DNA from: Balanoglossus misakiensis
Taxonomy: Eukaryota; Animalia; Hemichordata
Assembly: GCA_040954595.2 (NCBI GenBank)
Contig: CM082577.2
Location: 17,377,500-17,441,499 of the forward strand
Direction of reading: 5' to 3'
DNA length: 64,000 nt
Made by a program: the position numbers and the translations under genes. Of the stretch, positions 1 through 10,800 are shown in pieces; position 1 is the stretch's first letter; each line of letters begins with the position of its first letter. The notes beneath the pieces were generated by a model. That model searched no databases, was not told the origin of the DNA, and saw only the letters and a list, made by a program, of their open reading frames with translations.

Positions 1-1649
1 CTTGTATGTTCAAAGTTTTTATGACTTTTAAAAGCAGTGACACTGGCGGCATTCAACACGAAAATAACAATTTTAGCCACAATTTGGTCAAAATGGTAAA
101 TTTTTGAAAATTACAAAAAATAACTGTTTTCTACATTTTCGGAAATCTGATGGAGTATAGAATGCTCTTCGTATGTATATATCGATACAAATTCCACAAA
201 AGACCGTCTAATTTGGCTCACTGCAGACAAAATTGCGTTTTAACAAATTTTCCTTGAATATGTAATTTTTAGAAAAAATCATAAAAAAAACCTTTGTTCT
301 TCGAATTTGGTGCCCTGATCATATATGACATGTTGATTGTATGTTAAAACTTTCGACCACTCAAAAAATGCAGAGATATTGACGGAACTCAAGAAAAAAT
401 AGCCATTTTGGCCATATTTTGACAAAAATGGTAAATTTTTAAAAAATCATAAAAAATTAACTCTTTTCTTCATTTTCAGAAATATTATGGAGCATGAAGT
501 GTCGTTCTCTTGTAAAAAGTGCTGCAAATTCCAGAAAAGGCGGTATAATTTGAATCACCAAAGACAAAATTACCAATTTCGACTTTTTTGCGAAAAATTG
601 TCTTTTTTACAAAATAAATAAGAATACATTCTTTTCTTAGTTTCAAACGGGTAGAGATACTTTCCACACGGGTTTTCTAACATTGAATTCCCGTTCATCA
701 ACTCAGATTTCCTACAGCATAAGTCGGCTTAAACCCTGACACTCTAGAGCAGAAACAGTTGCACACTGGTAACGTTGAACAAGTCGATTTTTCTACGGCC
801 TGGCTCGGCTAAATCTCCGTCACAATATGACAGACACTAGCGTACGTTAGCAACGGTGATCAAGTCAGATTTTCTACGGCATGGCTTGGATAAAGCCCCG
901 GCACTCTAGAGCAGAAACACGCGTGCAGAGACCATGTTGATCAAGTCTGATCTCCTACGGCTTGGCTCGACTAAAACCCCGGCACACTATGACAGACACT
1001 AGCGTTCGGTAGCAACGTTGGTCAAGTCAGATTTCCTACGGCATAGCTTGGCTGAAGCCCAGGCACTCTAGAGCAGAAACACGCGTACAGAGACTACGTT
1101 GATCAAGTCAGATTTCCTACGGCGTGACTCGGCTGGTGCACCGGCTCTATATGACACAGACTGGCGTAAGTTATCAACGGTGATTACGTCGGATTTCCTA
1201 CGGCCTGGTTTAGCTGAAGCCCCGGCACTTTAGAGCGGAAACACGCGTACATTGACCACGATGATCAAGTCAGATCTCCTACGGCCTGGCTCGACTAAAA
1301 CCCCGGCACACCATGACAGACACTAGCGTTCGTTAGCAACGGTGATCAAGTCGGATTTCCTTCGGCCTGGCTCTGCAAAAGACCCGACACTCTAGTACAA
1401 AGACGTTGGCTAAGTCGGGCAAACCGAAGAGGGAAAGTCACAGCGGGTCAACACTCGACATTTGTTCGGGTAGGACTGCATTATTGCCTGTCAATTTATA
1501 GAGAAAGCCCGAATTTAACCAGGGCGTTTCAAACACCAACGTTAGTTGGGGGCACGGCCTGCAGTACTGCCGGGTAAGCTGACATCGGCGTACCGCATAT
1601 AATGTAGGGGGGGGGGGGGAAACAGAACGGTTTAATACTACATTTATTA

Positions 1650-2582
1650 CATATCAGCTAATTTTGGACAATCATCTAAAATCTAAATCATTTTTTCATA
1701 TTTGGATATCTGATGATGTATGAAATTTCTATTAAATGTAAAAATGGTGCTGATTATAAAAAATGCACTCTGAATGAGCTGATTTAATACAAAATTGCGT
1801 TTTATTCGTTTTTGCACCAAAAAGGTCATTTTTTGGCAAAACATTCTTTATTTTTTTAATTCGGTGACCTGATCATATATAAACAATTGCTTGTATGTTC
1901 AAAGTTTTTATGACTTTTAAAGGCAGTTACACTGGCGGCATTCAACACGAAAATAACATTTTTAGCCACAATTTGGTCAAAATGGTAAATTTTTGAAAAT
2001 TACAAAAAATAACTGTTTTCTACATTTTCGGAAATCTGATGGAGTATAGAATGCTCTTCGTATGTATATATCGATACAAATTCCACAAAAGACCGTCTAA
2101 TTTGGCTCACTGCAGACAAAATTGCGTTTTACCAAATTTTTCTTGAAAATGTAATTTTTAGAAAAAATAATAAAAAAAACCTTTGTTCTTCGAATTTGGT
2201 GCCCTGATCATATATGACATGTTGATTGTATGTTAAAACTTTCGACCACTCAAAAAATGCAGAGATATTGACGGAATTCAAGAAAAAATAGCCATTTTGG
2301 CCATATTTTGACAAAAATGGTAAATTTTTAAAAAATCATAAAAAATTAACTCTTTTCTTCATTTTCAGAAATATTATGGAGCATGAAGTGTCGTTCTCTT
2401 GTAAAAAGTGCTGCAAATTCCAGAAAAGGCGGTATAATTTGAATCACCCAAGACAAAATTACCATTTTCGACTTTTTTGCGAAAAATTGTCTTTTTTACA
2501 AAATAAATAAGAATACATTCTTTTCTTAGTTTCAAACGCGTAGAGATACTTTCCACACGGGTTTTCTAACATTGAATTCCCG
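1650..2582 (+). repeat. AT-rich module (representative copy): ~2.7 diverged copies of a ~335-bp repeat that is itself a dimer of ~167-bp monomers
   Basis: GGTG(A/C)CCTGATCATATAT occurs at 1863 and 2198, and ACAAAATT at 1789, 2116 and 2453. An AAAA-(T/G)GT-NN-TTTT-like motif occurs at ~1824, 1984, 2150, 2319 and 2488 (160-169-bp spacing). Confidence 0.9.
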
Positions 2583-3473
2583 TTCATCAACTCAGATTTC
2601 CTACAGCATAAGTCGGCTTAAACCCTGACACTCTAGAGCAGAAACAGTTGCACACTGGTAACGTTGAACAAGTCGATTTTTCTACGGCCTGGCTCGGCTA
2701 AATCTCCGTCACAATATGACAGACACTAGCGTACGTTAGCAACGGTGATCAAGTCAGATTTTCTACGGCATGGCTTGGATAAAGCCCCGGCACTCTAGAG
2801 CAGAAACACGCGTGCAGAGACCATGTTGATCAAGTCTGATCATCTACGGCTTGGCTCGACTAAAACCCCGGCACACTATGACAGACACAAGCGTTCGGTA
2901 GCAACGTTGGTCAAGTCAGATTTCCTACGGCATAGCTTGGCTGAAGCCCAGGCACTCTAGAGCAGAAACACGCGTACAGAGACCACGTTGATCAACTCAC
3001 ATTTCCTTCGGCCTGGCACGGCTGATGCCCCGGCACTATAGGACACAGACTGGCATAAGTTAACAACGGTAATCACGTCGGGTTTCCTACGGCCTGGCTC
3101 AGCTGAAGCCCCGGCACTCTAGAGCAGAAACAGGCGTACATTGACCACGTTGATCAAGTCAGATTTCCTACGGCGTGACTCGGCTGGTGCACCGGCTCTA
3201 TATGACACAGACTGGCGTAAGTTATCAACGGTGATTACGTCGGATTTCCTACGGCCTGGTTTAGCTGAAGCCCCGGCACTTTAGAGCGGAAACACGCGTA
3301 CATTGACCACGATGATCAAGTCAGATCTCCTACGGCCTGGCTCGACTAAAACCCCGGCACACCATGACAGACACTAGCGTTCGTTAGCAACGGTGATCAA
3401 GTCGGATTTCCTTCGGCCTGGCTCTGCAAAAGACCCGACACTCTAGTACAAAGACGTTGGCTAAGTCGGGCAA
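2583..3473 (+). repeat. GC-rich module (representative copy): 11 diverged 81-bp monomers, alternating A/B types (162-bp dimer)
   Basis: The head motif (T/G)TGATCAAGTCAGATTTCCTACGGC recurs every 81 bp (GATC at 4797, 4878, 4959, 5040 in the next unit; M1 at 2583, M11 at 3393 here). Odd monomers carry CACTCTAGAGCAGAAAC or a close variant; even monomers carry GACAGACACTAGCG or GACACAGACTGGCG. Confidence 0.97.
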
Positions 3474-3700
3474 ACCGAAGAGGGAAAGTCACAGCGGGTC
3501 AACACTCGACATTTGTTCGGGTAGGACTGCATTATTGCCTGTCAATTTATAGAGAAAGCCCGAATTTAACCAGGGCGTTTCAAACACCGACGTTAGTTGG
3601 GGCCACGGCCTGCAGTACTGCCGGGTAAGCTGACATCGGCGTACCGCATATAATGTAGGGGGGGGGGAAACAGAACGGTTTAATACTACATTTATTACAT
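3474..3700 (+). other. Single-copy-per-unit module (representative copy) with inverted repeats, the GCAGTACTGC palindrome and a poly-G run
   Basis: It does not align with the 81-bp or 167-bp monomers and is present once per unit. It ends in ATATAATGTA(G)n followed by a short ACAGAACGGTT tail. Boundaries are approximate. Confidence 0.85.
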
Positions 3701-6700
3701 ATCAGCTAATTTTGGACAATCATCTAAAATCTAAATCATTTTTTCATATTTGGATATCTGATGATGTATGAAATTTCCATTATATGTAAAAATGGTGCTG
3801 ATTATAAAAAATGCACTCTGAATGAGCTGATTTAATACAAAATTGCGTTTTATTCGTTTTTGCACCAAAAAGGTCATTTTTAGGCAAAACATTCTTTATT
3901 TTTTTAATTCGGTGACCTGATCATATATAAACAATTGCTTGTATGTTCAAAGTTTTTATGACTTTTAAAGGCAGTGACCCTGGCGGCATTCAACACGAAA
4001 ATAACATTTTTAGCCACAATTTGGTCAAAATGGTAAATTTTTGAAAATTACAAAAAATAACTGTTTTCTACATTTTCGGAAATCTGATGGAGTATAGAAT
4101 GCTCTTCGTATGTATATATCGATACAAATTCCACAAAAGACCGTCTAATTTGGCTCACTGCAGACAAAATTGCGTTTTATCAAATTTTCCTTAAAAATGT
4201 CATTTTTAGAAAAAAATAATAAAAAAACCTTTGTTCTTCGAATTTGGTGCCCTGATCATACATGACATGTTGATTGTATGTTAAAACTTTCGACCACTCA
4301 AAAAATGCAGAGATATTGACGGAATTCAAGAAAAAATAGCCATTTTGGCCATATTTTGACAAAAATGGTAAATTTTTAAAAAATCATAAAAAAATTAACT
4401 CTTTTCTTCATTTTCAGAAATATTATGGAGCATGAAGTGTCGTTCTCTTGTAAAAAGTGCTGCAAATTCCAGAAAAGGCGGTATAATTTGAATCACCCAA
4501 GACAAAATTACCATTTTCGACTTTTTTTCGAAAAATTGTCTTTTTTTACAAAATAAATAAGAATAAATTCTTTTCTTAGTTTCAAATGGGTAGAGATACT
4601 TTCCACACGGGTTTTCTAACATTGAATTCCCGTTCATCAACTCAGATTTCCTACAGCATAAGTCGGCTTAAACCCTGACACTCTAGAGCAGAAACAGTTG
4701 CACACTGGTAACGTTGAGCAAGTCGATTTTTCTACGGCCTGGCTCGGCTAAATCTCCGTCACAATATGACAGACACTAGCGTACGTTAGCAACGGTGATC
4801 AAGTCAGATTTTCTACAGCATGGCTTGGATAAAGCCCCGGCACTCTAGAGCAGAAACACGCGTACAGAGACCATGTTGATCAAGTCTGATCTCCTACGGC
4901 TTGGCTCGACTAAAACCCCGGCACACTATGACAGACACTAGCGTTCGGTAGCAACGTTGATCAAGTCAGATTTCCTACGGCATAGCTTGGCTAAAGCCCA
5001 GGCACTCTAGAGCAGAAACACGCGTACAGAGACCACGTTGATCAACTCACATTTCCTTCGGACTGGCACGGCTGATGCCCCGGCACTATAGGACACAGAC
5101 TGGCGTAAGTTAACAACGGTAATCACGTCGGGTTTCCTACGGCCTGGCTCAGCTGAAGCCCCGGCACTCTAGAGCAGAAACAGGCGTACATTGACCACGT
5201 TGATCAAGTCAGATTTCCTACGGCGTGACTCGGCTGGTGCACCGGCTCTATATGACACAGACTGGCGTAAGTTATCAACGGTGATTACGTCGGATTTCCT
5301 ACGGCCTGGTTTAGCTGAAGCCCCGGCACTTTAGAGCGGAAACACGCGTACATTGACCACGATGATCAAGTCAGATCTCCTACGGCCTGGCTCGACTAAA
5401 ACCCCGGCACACCATGACAGACACTAGCGTTCGTTAGCAACGGTGATCAAGTCGGATTTCCTTCGGCCTGGCTCTGCAAAAGACCCGACACTCTAGTACA
5501 AAGACGTTGGCTAAGTCGGGCAAACCGAAGAGGGAAAGTCACAGCGGGTCAACACTCGACATTTGTTCGGGTAGGACTGCATTATTGCCTGTCAATTTAT
5601 AGAGAAAGCCCGAATTTAACCAGGGCGTTTCAAACACCAACGTTAGTTGGGGGCACGGCCTGCAGTACTGCCGGGTTAGCTGACATCGGCGTACGGCATA
5701 TAATGTAGGGGGGGGGGAACAGAATGGTTCAATACTACATTTATTAGATATCAGCTAATTTTGAACAATCATCTAAAATATAAATCATTTTTTCATATTT
5801 GGATATCTGATGATGTATGAAATTTCCATTATATGTAAAAATGGTGCTGTTTATAAAAAATGCACTCTGAATGAGCTGATTTAATACAAAATTGCGTTTT
5901 TGCACCAAAAAGGTCATTTTTAGGCAAAACATTCTTTATTTTTTTAATTCGGTGACCTGATCATATATAAACAATTGCTTGTATGTTCAAAGTTTTTATG
6001 ACTTTTAAAGGCAGTGACCCTGGCGGCATTCAACACGAAAATAACATTTTTAGCCACAATTTGGTCAAAATGGTAAATTTTTGAAAATTACAAAAAATAA
6101 CTGTTTTCTACATTTTCGGAAATCTGATGGAGTATAGAATGCTCTTCGTATGTATATATCGATACAAATTCCACAAAAGACCGTCTAATTTGGCTCACTG
6201 CAGACAAAACTGCGTTTTATCAAATTTTCCTTAAAAATGTCATTTTTAGAAAAAAATAATAAAAAAACCTTTGTTCTTCGAATTTGGTGCCCTGATCATA
6301 CATGACATGTTGATTGTATGTTAAAACTTTCGACCACTCAAAAAATGCAGAGATATTGACGGAATTCAAGAAAAAATAGCCATTTTAGCCATATTTTGAC
6401 AAAAATGGTAAATTTTTAAAAAATCATAAAAAAATTAACTCTTTTCTTCATTTTCAGAAATATTATGGAGCATGAAGTGTCGTTCTCTTGTAAAAAGTGC
6501 TGCAAATTCCAGAAAAGGCGGTATAATTTGAATCACCCAAGACAAAATTACCATTTTCGACTTTTTTTCGAAAAATTGTCTTTTTTTACAAAATAAATAA
6601 GAATAAATTCTTTTCTTAGTTTCAAATGGGTAGAGATACTTTCCACACGGGTTTTCTAACATTGAATTCCCGTTCATCAACTCAGATTTCCTACAGCATA

Positions 6701-7709
6701 AGTCGGCTTAAACCCTGACACTCTAGAGCAGAAACAGTTGCACACTGGTAACGTTGAGCAAGTCGATTTTTCTACGGCCTGGCTCGGCTAAATCTCCGTC
6801 ACAATATGACAGACACTAGCGTACGTTAGCAACGGTGATCAAGTCAGATTTTCTACAGCATGGCTTGGATAAAGCCCCGGCACTCTAGAGCAGAAACACG
6901 CGTACAGAGACCATGTTGATCAAGTCTGATCTCCTACGGCTTGGCTCGACTAAAACCCCGGCACACTATGACAGACACTAGCGTTCGGTAGAAACGTTGA
7001 TCAAGTCAGATTTCCTACGGCATAGCTTGGCTAAAGCCCAGGCACTCTAGAGCAGAAACACGCGTACAGAGACCACGTTGATCAACTCACATTTCCTTCG
7101 GACTGGCACGGCTGATGCCCCGGCACTATAGGACACAGACTGGCGTAAGTTAACAACGGTAATCACGTCGGGTTTCCTACGGCCTGGCTCAGCTGAAGCC
7201 CCGGCACTCTAGAGCAGAAACAGGCGTACATTGACCACGTTGATCAAGTCAGATTTCCTACGGCGTGACTCGGCTGGTGCACCGGCTCTATATGACACAG
7301 ACTGGCGTAAGTTATCAACGGTGATTACGTCGGATTTCCTACGGCCTGGTTTAGCTGAAGCCCCGGCACTTTAGAGCGGAAACACGCGTACATTGACCAC
7401 GATGATCAAGTCAGATCTCCTACGGCCTGGCTCGACTAAAACCCCGGCACACCATGACAGACACTAGCGTTCGTTAGCAACGGTGATCAAGTCGGATTTC
7501 CTTCGGCCTGGCTCTGCAAAAGACCCGACACTCTAGTACAAAGACGTTGGCTAAGTCGGGCAAACCGAAGAGGGAAAGTCACAGCGGGTCAACACTCGAC
7601 ATTTGTTCGGGTAGGACTGCATTATTGCCTGTCAATTTATAGAGAAAGCCCGAATTTAACCAGGGCGTTTCAAACACCGACGTTAGTTGGGGGCACGGCC
7701 TGCAGTACT

Positions 7710-7804
7710 GCCGGGTTAGCTGACATCGGCGTACGGCATATAATGTAGGGGGGGGGGGGAACAGAACGGTTCAATACTACATTTATTAGATATCAGCTAA
7801 TTTT
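7710..7804 (+). promoter_or_regulatory. Possible degenerate tRNA-like (type 2 Pol III) box A/box B element, one per unit (representative copy)
   Basis: GCCGGGTTAGCTGACATCGGCGTACGGCAT resembles a tRNA 5' end with box A. GGTTCAATAC at 7768 fits GTTCRANNC, and a T4 run follows at 7801. There is no cloverleaf, and this is an eye-level match only. Confidence 0.2.
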
Positions 7805-10800
7805 GGACAATCATCTAAAATCTAAATCATTTTTTCATATTTGGATATCTGATGATGTATGAAATTTCTATTATATGTAAAAATGGTGCTGATTATAAAA
7901 AATGCACTCTGAATGAGCTGATTTAATACAAAATTGCGTTTTTGCACCAAAAAGGTCATTTTTAGGCAAAACATTCTTTATTTTTTTAATTCGGTGACCT
8001 GATCATATATAAACAATTGCTTTTATGTTCAAAGTTTTTATGACTTTTAAAAGCAGTGACACTGGCGGCATTCAACACGAAAATAACAATTTTAGCCACA
8101 ATTTGGTCAAAATGGTAAATTTTTGAAAATTACAAAAAATAACTGTTTTCTACATTTTCGGAAATCTGATGGAGTATAGAATTCTCTTCGTATGTATATA
8201 TCGATACAAATTCCACAAAAGACCGTCTTATTTGGCTCACTGCAGACAAAATTGCGTTTTACCAAATTTTCCTTGAAAATGTCATTTTTAGAAAAAATAA
8301 TAAAAAAACCTTTGTTCTTCGAATTTGGTGCCCTGATCATATATGACATGTTGATTGTATGTTAAAACTTTCGACCACTCAAAATATGCAGAGATATTGA
8401 CGGAATTCAAGAAAAAATAGCAATTTTGGCCATATTTGACAAAAATGGTAAATTTTTAAAAAATCATAAAAAATTAACTCTTTTCTTCATTTTCAGAAAT
8501 ATTATGGAGCATGAAGTGTCGTTCTCTTGTAAAAAGTGCTGCAAATTCCAGAAAAGGCGAGATAATTTGAATCACCCAAGACAAAATTACCATTTTCGAC
8601 TTTTTTTCGAAAAATTGTCTTTTTTACAAAATAAATAAGAATAAATTCTTTTCTTAGTTTCAAACGGGTAGAGATACTTTCCACACGGGTTTTCTAACAT
8701 TGAATTCCCGTTCATCAACTCAGATTTCCTACAGCATAAGTCGGCTTAAACCCTGACACTCTAGAGCAGAAACAGTTGCACACTGGTAACGTTGAACAAG
8801 TCGATTTTTCTATGGCCTGGCTCGGCTAAATCTCCGTCACAATATGACAGACACTAGCGTACGTTAGCAACGGTGATCAAGTCAGATTTTCTACGGCATG
8901 GCTTGGATAAAGCCCCGGCACTCTAGAGCAGAAACACGCGTACAGAGACCATGTTGATCAAGTCTGATCTCCTACGGCTTGGCTCGACTAAAACCCCGGC
9001 ACACTATGACAGACACTAGCGTTCGGTAGCAACGTTGATCAAGTCAGATTTCCTACGGCATAGCTTGGCTAAAGCCCAGGCACTCTAGAGCAGAAACACG
9101 CGTACAGAGACCACGTTGATCAACTCACATTTCCTTCGGCCTGGCACGGCTGATGCCCCGGCACTATAGGACACAGACTGGCGTAAGTTAACAACGGTAA
9201 TCACGTCGGGTTTCCTACGGCCTGGCTCAGCTGAAGCCCCGGCACTCTAGAGCAGAAACAGGCGTACATTGACCACGTTGATCAAGTCAGATTTCCTACG
9301 GCGTGACTCGGCTGGTGCACCGGCTCTATATGACACAGACTGGCGTAAGTTATCAACGGTGATTACGTCGGATTTCCTACGGCCTGGTTTAGCTGAAGCC
9401 CCGGCACTTTAGAGCGGAAACACGCGTACATTGACCAAGATGATCACGTCAGATCTCCTACGGCCTGGCTCGACTAAAACCCCGGCACACCATGACAGAC
9501 ACTAGCGTTCGTTAGCAACGGTGATCAAGTCGGATTTCCTTCGGCCTGGCTCTGCAAAAGACCCGAAACTCTAGTACAAAGACGTTGGCTAAGTCGGGCA
9601 AACCGAAGAGGGAAAGTCACAGCGGGTCAACACTCGACATTTGTTCGGGTAGGACTGCATTATTGCCTGTCAATTTATAGAGAAAGCCCGAATTTAACCA
9701 GGGCGTTTCAAACACCGACGTTAGTTGGGGGCACGGCCTGCAGTACTGCCGGGTTAGCTTACATCGGCGTACGGCATATAATGTAGGGGGGGGGGGGGGA
9801 ACAGAACGGTTCAATACTACATTTATTAGATATCAGCTAATTTTGGACAATCATCTAAAATCTAAATCATTTTTTCATATTTGGATATCTGATGATGTGT
9901 GAAATTTCCATTATATGTAAAAATGGTGCTGATTATAAAAAATGCACTCTGAATGAGCTGATTTAATACAGAATTGCGTTTTTGCACCAAAAAGGTCATT
10001 TTTAGGCAAAACATTCTTTATTTTTTTAATTCGGTGACCTGATCATATATAAACAATTGCTTGTATGTTCAAAGTTTTTATGACTTTTAAAAGCAGTGAC
10101 ACTGGCGGCATTCAACACGAAAATAACAATTTTAGCCACAATTTGGTCAAAATGGTAAATTTTTGAAAATTACAAAAAATAACTGTTTACTACATTTTCG
10201 GAAATCTTATGGAGTATAGAATGCTCTTCGTATGTATATATCGATACAAATTCCACAAAAGACCGTCTAATTTGGCTCACTGCAGACAAAATTGCATTTT
10301 ACCAAATTTTCCTTGAAAATGACATTTTTAGAAAAAATAATAAAAAAACCTTTGTTCTTCGAATTTGGTGCCATGATCATATATGACATGTTGATTGTAT
10401 GTTAAAACTTTCGACCACTCAAAAAATGCAGAGATATTGACGGAATTCAAGAAAAAATAGCCATTTTGGCCATATTTTGACAAAAATTGTAAATTTTTAA
10501 AAAATCATAAAAATTAACTCTTTTCTTCATTTTCAGAAAATATTATGGAGCATGAAGTGTCGTTCTCTTGTTAGAAGTGCTGCAAATTCCAGAAAAGGCG
10601 AGATAATTTGAATCACCCAAGACAAAATTACCATTTTCGACTTTTTTTTTCGAAAAATTGTCTTTTTTAGAAAATAAATAAGAATAAATTCTTTTCTTAG
10701 TTTCAAACGGGTAGAGATACTTTCCACACGTGTTTTCTAACATTAAATTCCCGTTCATCAACTCAGATTTCCTACAGCATAAGTCGGCTTAAACCCTGAC

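Noticed and set aside
485-667. Recurrent 60-81 aa ORFs (MESISTRLKL..., MMNGNSML..., MSKYGQNG...) as a tandem gene family
   Set aside because: They use non-ATG or weak starts, their K/F/I/N-rich composition comes from A/T tracts, and they are frameshifted freely between copies by homopolymer changes. They lie within the 167/335-bp satellite and show no recognisable domain.
1704-1732. Hammerhead ribozyme core CTGATGA...GAAA, as in some satellite DNAs
   Set aside because: There are only 5 nt (TGTAT) between the motifs, so no helix II can form. No convincing helix I/III with a cleavage triplet was found, and the motif is not kept in the paralogous subrepeat (CTGATGGAG).
2583-3473. CRISPR-like array (conserved head plus variable tail)
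   Set aside because: The putative spacers are homologous to each other, the heads are degenerate, the same order repeats in every unit, and there are no cas genes.
4633-5520. 81 bp = 27-codon protein repeat
   Set aside because: The monomers I translated have stop codons in all six frames (TAG in CTCTAGAG, TGA in TTGATC, TAA/TGA in GCTAAA/GCTGAA), and the ORF track shows no long ORF.
7710-7785. Intact tRNA gene
   Set aside because: There is no 3' acceptor strand, anticodon stem or T stem. It is retained only as a possible degenerate relic.
9617-9814. MNRSVPPPP... ORF across the unique module
   Set aside because: It is open only when the G-run length happens to be in frame. The polyproline is simply the homopolymer.
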